From the NCBI GenBank assembly GCA_951406725.2, contig OX597826.1:54932001-54996000 (forward strand): a stretch of 64,000 nt of DNA, in the 5' to 3' direction. The notes beneath the pieces are model-generated. The model ran no database searches, was not told the origin of the DNA, and worked only from the letters and a program-made list of their open reading frames with translations. Every line of letters begins with the position of its first letter. Positions within the stretch are counted from its first letter, which is position 1. Shown piece after piece: positions 56,195 to 64,000 of this stretch. Origin of the DNA: Octopus vulgaris (Eukaryota). Position numbers and translations under genes: made by a program.

Positions 56195-56327
56195 AATAAA
56201 TGACAGAGTTGAACGACGAATTAACAAAATTCCTTTATTTTCGACATATGTTTCGAAGGCTGCATATTCTAATTTTGAAGGAATAAGGGGTATATATGTA
56301 TACACACACTCACACACGCACACACAG

Positions 56328-56352
<25 letters not shown>

Positions 56353-56358
<6 letters not shown>

Positions 56359-57603
56359 CATCCCATAAATTATGCGGATTTTTTCAATTGCATGAACTAA
56401 AAGTCGGAGGGAGACGGGATAAACTACCTGCATCAACTTACTATAAAAGTGCAAATTTCGAAGACTGCAGATACATTTTAACAGTTAATGTTTTCAAATC
56501 TATAAAGGAAGTGACAAAGGAGCATATTCGGCATATTTTGCTTTATGAGTTCAATATAGGCAACAATGCAATGGAAAGTGTGAGGAATGTTAATGCAGTA
56601 TATAGGGATCGGATAATAAGCGGAAGCCAATGTCAACGGTGGTTCCAGAGATTCTTAGCTGGAAACTACAACCTAGAAGACGAACCTCGTCTTGGAAGTT
56701 CTGCTAGATTTCGACGAGGACGTCCTGCAAAACCTGGTGGGACAAAATCCCATCATAACTGTTGAGAAACTAGCCGAGAAACTTGGATTTGATCATCCAA
56801 CCATTCACTGACAGCTGTGTGCCATCGTAAAAGTCAGCAAACTGGGCCACTGGGTCCCTTACGAACTTTCCGAGTGCAATCGCACGCAGAAAGTGAATGT
56901 GTGCTTTTCTTTGCCGTCACGTCTCACGAACGAACCATTTTTTGGACTGAATGAGTGACTGGTGACGAGAACTGTGTTCTCTATGAAAATGTCAAGCGCT
57001 GAAGACAGTGGGTAGGGAAAAGAGAAACACCAGCACGCTAGGCAAAAGAAGGTTTTCACCCATGTATGGTGTTGTTACCTGTTTGGTGGGATGTGAAAAG
57101 TTTAGTCCACTTTGAACTTTTAAACCCAAAACAAACGATGACAAGAGATCTATTGCGAGCAGCTTGAGCAGCTAAAGTCAGTGCCAGAAAGAAAGCAGAC
57201 ATCTTTGGTTTCAAGACGAAAGGTGTTCTTCTATCAGGATAAAGCTCGGTCACATACAGCGAGGATGACATTTCAAAGGCTGGAGCAGTTTGAATGGGAA
57301 ACGATGCCCTACCTATCATATGCACCGGATACTGCGCCATCTGATTATCATTTATTCCGCAATCTTCAAAATCATTTGAACAGAAAGAATATGAATTCTG
57401 TAGACGGGTTCAGAACAGTACTTAAGAACTTTTCGTCACGGAGAAGTGAATTACGGGAGAGTTGGCTTGCAAGTCTACCAGATAGATGGAAGAATATTGT
57501 AGAAAATGAAGGAGAGTATATTTTAGATTAAAAAAGGACTTTGTTTACCTTAATTTTGAAAATTAAAACTATAAAAAACTGCATTATTTATGGAATGACG
57601 CAG
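56353..57603 (+). mobile_element. Full-length decayed mariner (DD34D) transposon, ~1.25 kb
   Basis: TA|ttggatcatcccataaattatgcggatttt ... aaaaactgcattatttatggaatgacgcag|TA, imperfect ~30-bp TIRs with TA target sites. Confidence 0.92.
56502..57531 (+). pseudogene. mariner transposase pseudogene
   Basis: [30 protein letters not shown] (56851), VTGDE, FYQDKARSHT, YAPDTAPSDYHLFRNLQN; several frameshifts and stops. Confidence 0.92.
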
Positions 57604-58112
57604 TATATAGATAAAACACAAACATATATTCTCACTCCAGTTTTACAGAGGAGACGTTATTTGGCCCGAGGCTATAGAAGATACACAAAATTGCATGTGC
57701 GCTACCATTTTAGAGTGTTCACTAACGAATGGAACAATAGGAAAACATAGACACATCATATACGTCAGTTATATATATATGATATATTACTGGTAACGGA
57801 TACATTAAAAGTCGAAGGGAAGCTAAAAGAAAAATTAGTATACAACTCCTCACTAAAATTTAACAAAGAGAATAATACAAATAAAACTACCTGTTTAGAC
57901 ATAAACAAACAGAGCGAAAGAAAAATAAACAAGATTCGTTACGTCGGTTACACTGGAGATTCAAACAAATGCCACTACTTGTTCACAAATGGGGCACTAG
58001 AGTAAGATTTCCGCAGAAAAACAAACAACCATTAATTAATAACAGATATTCCAACAGATTAATTAAGCCGTAATACAAATGAATACAGAAACAATTATAA
58101 ATGCGCTCTTTT

Positions 58113-58348
58113 TAAAGCCTAGCCAGGCTCATGGGCCCGGTTTCCCGGTTTCTATAGCGAATGTGTTCCCCATCGGAACGGGACGCCAGTCCAACGCAGC
58201 GTTACTCATTTTGCCAGCTGAGTGGACTGGAGCAACGTGAAATGAAGTGTTTTACTCAAGAACACAACGCGTCACCTGGTCCAGGAATCGAAGCCACAAT
58301 CTTACGATCATGATGCTGACACCCTAACCACTAAGCCACGCGTCTCCA
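58113..58348 (-). mobile_element. SINE family C, full length
   Basis: Minus strand: ggagacgcgTGGCTTAGTGGttaggg (A-box)..ggcTTCGATTCC (B-box)..gttgtgttcttgagtaaaacactt (CORE-like)..gaaaccgggaaaccgggcccatgagcc. actaatacaaatgaataca / gtaatacaaatgaataca flank it as a probable TSD. Confidence 0.85.
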
Positions 58349-58519
58349 CTAATACAAATGAATACAGGCACAATTACATTAGATAATGCAATAAATACAT
58401 ACAAATGTACACCCTATAAAGAAAAACACGCAAATCGCATATGAAGCGTGTCATAGGAAGCATACACATTGCTGTCAAAGAGGCAAACGCATTAACAAAA
58501 CGTTATATAGTGAAATGAA

Positions 58520-58932
58520 GGCGGTGAGCTGGCAGAAACGTTAGCACGCCGGGCGAAATGCTTAGCCGTATTTCGTCTGTCTTTACGTTCTGAGTTCAAA
58601 TTCCGCCGAGATTGACTTTGCCTTTCATCCTTTCGGGGTCGATAAATTAAGTACCAGTTACGCACTGGGGTCGATGTAATCGACTTAATACCTTTGTCTG
58701 TCCTTGTTTGTCCCCTCTGTGTTTAGCCCCATTGTGGGTAATAAAGAAATAGGTATTTCATCTGCCGCTACGTTCTGAGTTCAAATTCCGCCCAGGTCGA
58801 CTTTGCCTTTCATCCTTTCGGGGTCGATTAAATAAGTACCAGTTACGCACTGGGGTCGATATAATCGAATTAATCCGTTTGTCTGTCGTTTGTCCTCTCT
58901 GTGTTTAGCCCCTTGTGGGTAGTAAAGAAATA
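58520..58932 (+). mobile_element. SINE B dimer, young, with TSD
   Basis: One head and two bodies/tails; gttatata(g/c)tgaa flanks it at 58502 and 58933. Confidence 0.9.
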
Positions 58933-59665
58933 GTTATATACTGAAGATAGCGTATAACATCCGAATTTCAAATATAACTAGTAATATACTTTAAGAACAC
59001 CAAAACCGAAAACCTTCTTATCAATGAAACACACCACAAACATGTAAACCCCAGTACAAATAACTAATAACTTATGTGATTCACAAATTTGCGAAATTAA
59101 AAGTTGTAAACTTCAGGACTCCAGCAGTTATATTGGTTGTAGTAGAGCAATCTTCTTTCATAGGCTCACCATACATTTGCAAGAATCAGCCCGAATAGCA
59201 TATACTACAAATCACAAAACAAGGTTGGATAAAACAATACAGATTGGTACGACATCCATACTACATATATTTCAGCACTAGAACAAATTAATCATGGATG
59301 CAACACAATACCTAAATGTATATACAAACAACAGACATATCATAAAATTGAACGCGTGATATATGACTTGAAAGTTGAAAGGTAAAAAAATTGGATGCTG
59401 AAGTGAATATAAATTTGACTACTGTTAATAGGGTTCACAGATAATTGTTGACGCGGACGCATAGCGGTCAACGATATTTGATGTTAACGTCTATATAAAT
59501 TCGACTATGATTTAGCAGGCAAAATAGAGACTGCATATAGAAAGGTTGTTAGCGTCAGAGGAAGAAAAGTTACTAACAAACACCAATAGCATAAGCATTT
59601 TACAAATATACGAAATATCTTTAATAAAAAAAAACAAAAGTGTTTTCGATAGAATTCACATACAA

Positions 59666-59879
59666 GGCGATGAGCTGGCAGAATCGTTAGCACGCCGGGC
59701 AAAATGCTTAGCGGTATTTCGTCTGTCGCTACGTTCTGAGTTCAAATTTCGCCGAGGTCGATTTTGCCTTTCATTCTTTCGGGGTCGATAAATTAACTAC
59801 CAGATGCGCACTGGGGTCGATCTAATAGATTGCCCCTCCCCCAAAATTTTGAGCCTTGTGCCTAGAATAGAAAAGAATA
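59666..59879 (+). mobile_element. SINE B monomer with alternative tail
   Basis: Tail cccctcccccaaaattttgagccttgtgcctagaatagaaaagaata; TSD aattcacatac on both sides. Confidence 0.9.
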
Positions 59880-60127
59880 AAATTCACATACGCAGGAATA
59901 TTTATGTGCGAACGTAGTCATCTTCCCAAATAGTGGAATTGTTGAGGTAACCATAAAGTTGTGGTGATTTAATGAGCTAGCTTTATTTAATTGTGTTAAT
60001 TTGTAAATTATACAATTGTATTATATAATGGTGACTACACATAATAAGGCTAACATGTGCGCATATATGTTGCATAGTGAAATTATGCAGTACTTCAATA
60101 TGCACCTCCTATACTTCGTGACTATGC

Positions 60128-60545
60128 CGCAGGCGTGGGTCTGTTGTTAGAAGCTTGGTTCCCAAACAAATGGTTCTGGGTTCGGTGCACGCAGTGGGAC
60201 CGAACCCAGAACCATTTGGGCAAGTGTTCTCTGCTAGAGTCCCAGAGCAACCAAAGCCTTGTGAGTGGATTTGGTAGACGGATACTGAAAGAAGCTCGTC
60301 ATATATACATATATATGTGTGCGTGTGTGTGTGTGCGTGTGTGCGTGTGTGTCTTTGCATCCCCCCACCATCGCTTGACAACCGATGTTGGTGTGTTTAT
60401 GACCATGAAACTTAGCGGTTCAGCAAAACATATCTATAGAATAAGTACTAGGCTTACAGAGAGTAAATCCTGGGGTCGATTTGTTTGACTAAAGGCGGTG
60501 CTCCAGCATGACCGCAATCAAATGCCTGAAAAGAGTAAAAGAGTA
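60128..60545 (+). mobile_element. SINE A, full length (diverged)
   Basis: Colinear with the consensus, including the internal microsatellite and tail. Confidence 0.85.
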
Positions 60546-60581
60546 GATAAGCATATATCTGTGTATATAGATATATATGTG

Positions 60582-60699
<118 letters not shown>

Positions 60700-60711
60700 A
60701 TATATATATAT

Positions 60712-60771
<60 letters not shown>

Positions 60772-60778
60772 ATATATA

Positions 60779-60825
<47 letters not shown>

Positions 60826-60832
60826 ATAGTTC

Positions 60833-60970
60833 AAATTTACAGAAAACATAAGACGGAGACAGGTGAGGGGAAAGAAGCAGCTGTATTAGTTTGACGCTTG
60901 GGAAAAATTGAAATGATTTTGACGTCTCAAGCCTACGATCTTCGATAAAAAGGATAAACAGAAAAAAAAA
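60833..60970 (-). mobile_element. Penelope-like pseudo-LTR remnant
   Basis: Homologous to 41500-41665 (gtattagtttgacgct.gggaa..acgt.tc.agcctacg.tcttcga). Confidence 0.55.
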
Positions 60971-61088
60971 TGGAGGCCAATAAATAAACGGAGGCAGAAA
61001 AAATGAGAAGGGATTAACGTTGTTTATGTCTGTGTGTGTATACATATATATAATATATAATAAAGAAATGCATATACGCAGAACATAT

Positions 61089-61180
<92 letters not shown>

Positions 61181-61233
61181 CGCACATATCTATTTGTGGA
61201 TGTATTTCTTTCTAAAAATATTTATAAATATTT

Positions 61234-61650
61234 GGCGCAGGAGTGGCTGTGTGGTAAGTAGCTTGCTAACCAACCACATGGTTCCGGGTTCAGTCCCACT
61301 GCGTGGCATCTTGGGCAAGTGTCTTCTGCTATAGCCCCGGACGACCAATGCCTTGTGAGTGGATTTGGTAGACGGAAACTGAAAGAAGCCTGTCGTATAT
61401 ATGTATATATATATATGGTATGTGTGTTTGTTTGTGTGTCTGTGTTTGTCCCCCTAGCATTGCTTGACAACCGATGCTGGTGTGTTTATGTCCCCGTTAC
61501 TTAGTGGTTCGGCAAAAGAGACCGATAGAATAAGTACTGGGCTTACAAAAAGAATAAGTCCCGGGGTCGAGTTGCTCGATTAAAGGCGGTGCTCCAGCAT
61601 GGCCGCAGTCAAATGACTGAAACATTTAAAAGAGTAAAGAGTAAAGAGAG
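61234..61650 (+). mobile_element. SINE A, full length, young
   Basis: ggcgcaggagtggctgtgtggtaagtagc...ggcggtgctccagcatggccgcagtcaaatgactgaaaca; close to the 13905 copy. Confidence 0.9.
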
Positions 61651-62136
61651 TATATGTGTAAGTATATACAGATTTGACATTGAAGAGGTGAATATTTTAT
61701 GGGCGAGATCGTGTCGCTCCCACGTCCTCAGACTGGGGCCCATATTGACACCAGACCTGAGATACATAGTAAGTTGTAGTGCAAGCCTAATTGGATCTAG
61801 CATCTTAGATCGCCTGATTGCCGACAAGCCGACTTGTCGGTGCCTCGTCGAATAGGAAAGCGCAATAGCGAGTATGAACTACCAACCAGGATGAAGACGT
61901 CCACCGGTGCAATAACCTTATGTACAGGCATTGCTGATAAATTGCATGGGCAAGGGGCCCTAATAGTCTTCGCCAATCACACAAACACACGCACAAACAT
62001 ACGCGCGCACGCATGGGCATACAGATTACAGCGTGAAACGCACAAGTTAGCCATTCAAAAACACACAAAGTACCTTAACTTCATTTAAATGTACTATTTG
62101 AAACATACACAAAAATACACATGCACACACATGTGA

Positions 62137-62191
<55 letters not shown>

Positions 62192-62851
62192 TCTGTGTTT
62201 GTGTATGTCTGTGTGTGTGTATGCTTGTGGGTGTGTATGTGTATATTTGTGTGTATATGTATATGTGAATATATATATATGTACGTATGTATGTATGTAT
62301 ATTGAGACTTACACGAATTTAGAACAGTCATAAATTGAAATCGTATATCTCTCTGTCATTCTATATTGATGTAGATGTGTGTACAGGCGTATGTTTAAAT
62401 ATAGGTATACATAATATATAAATACGTACATACGTATTTACATACATACACACACACATATATATATATATATATGTTTGTGTGTTTGTGTGTATAAATA
62501 AATAAATGAAATAAATATATATATATATATGTTCTCCCCATCACAGTCATATCAACGGTAAGTAACGAATGACAAATGACTATAGCAATGCTGCGAGTCA
62601 CAGTGTTGAGATGTTGGAAGCGTGGTCGGGGTGGAGGATAAATGGCGGATTAAAAATAATGAAGAGACATTGTTTTAAGTATTATCGAAACAACAATCTT
62701 TTGTTGTATGACATTTTGTTCGTTGTTATTTTTTTTTCAATCTACTTTTATGTCTGCCCTTACGTATCCCATCCCCAGCTTCACCCTTCATTTCTTTTTC
62801 TGTTTATTTTTTAGTTAATGGCTTAGTGGAAGCCTTTATTTCAAAACACAA

Positions 62852-62927
<76 letters not shown>

Positions 62928-63099
62928 GCATATATATATATATATTTATATATATATATGTATATATATGCACGTAGATGTTGTTTCATTCCAGGCAAAT
63001 AAAAAATGAGTTTTAACTTTATTTTGACACGATGTGACGCTGGTGGGTTTTGTCCGCCTGCGTGATGAAGGCTAGATGTTTCTCTAAATTGTTCTCCAG

Positions 63100-63130
63100 T
63101 TATTATTTATCATTATTATTATTATTATTA

Positions 63131-63189
<59 letters not shown>

Positions 63190-63308
63190 TGCCCAGTCTA
63201 TCTATCTCACCATCTTTTGTTATGATATCACGGAATGCTACCTATGTTTTTGTTTTAAATCTTTCAAATGTTTTTGATATTTTTCTTATTATTCATTGTT
63301 GTTGTTGA

Positions 63309-63377
<69 letters not shown>

Positions 63378-63382
63378 CATTT

Positions 63383-63413
<31 letters not shown>

Positions 63414-63539
63414 TACTGTTTATACTTTCTCGCTTTTGATCATTTTTACTTATAGTCTATTGTGTCAGGCCAAATCGATATAACATTAGACAACGTCTTT
63501 ATATAATCGATAAATAATTCATTATATTAAACGATCTCT

Positions 63540-63628
<89 letters not shown>

Positions 63629-63645
63629 ATACATATATATATATC
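63100..63645. repeat. (TAT)n and (TA)n microsatellites
   Basis: Direct reading. Confidence 0.9.
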
Positions 63646-64000
63646 CATGGTGGTTACCTTTATGTGACTCAAGTAAACCTACGTGTAAATAAGTCTCATG
63701 AGTAGATGGAGCTGAACTAACTTCACATTGGTGAAAATTCAGAAAGCTTTTAGACTTGATTTCAACACAACATCCTAACAGAAAGCCCCCTCATGTAGCT
63801 TTCTCTGCCGCTTGCATCCCTCTTCCTGATTTTTCTATGTGGCCGCAACTGGACAGCCTCTTCCAATGTTCCATCAGGAATCTTGTCCTCATCAGCTTTG
63901 GGAGACCATCAGTTTCATTATTGTGTTTCTCTACTCAGAACACTAATATTGTTCAGTGGCCTCCAGTTTGTGTTTTAATTTGTAATCCTTGTAGCAACCT

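Noticed and set aside
58933-58980. ctgaaga..cgaa hammerhead candidate
   Set aside because: The ctgaa lies in the SINE B target-site duplication (gtgaa in the other copy), and GAAA/UH are missing.

Overview
AT-rich eukaryotic non-coding DNA (intergenic or deep intronic). It is saturated with (TA)n, (CA)n, (GA)n, (TATC)n, (TAA)n and (GAT)n microsatellites and with retro/DNA transposon debris. The repeat families resemble those I recall from Octopus (coleoid cephalopod); this is an inference, not a database match. No intact host protein-coding gene is supported, and most listed ORFs are microsatellite translations. Recognisable elements: three tRNA-derived SINE families (A, CORE-like with an internal microsatellite; B, Meta-domain-like, sometimes dimeric; C, CORE-like); 3' fragments of R4/Dong-type, CR1-type and RTE LINEs; an ORF1-only zinc-knuckle retroelement; Penelope-like remnants with many minimal hammerhead-ribozyme motifs; a full-length decayed mariner; Tc1/mariner scraps; a piggyBac-type and a hAT-type non-autonomous element; and several long hairpins. 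Most interesting: (1) two apparent SINE/LINE tail-sharing pairs visible inside this window, SINE A with the CR1-like LINE and SINE B with the ORF1-only element; (2) a dense set of hammerhead motifs, some enclosed by inverted repeats. Coordinates were read by eye and may be off by a few bases.
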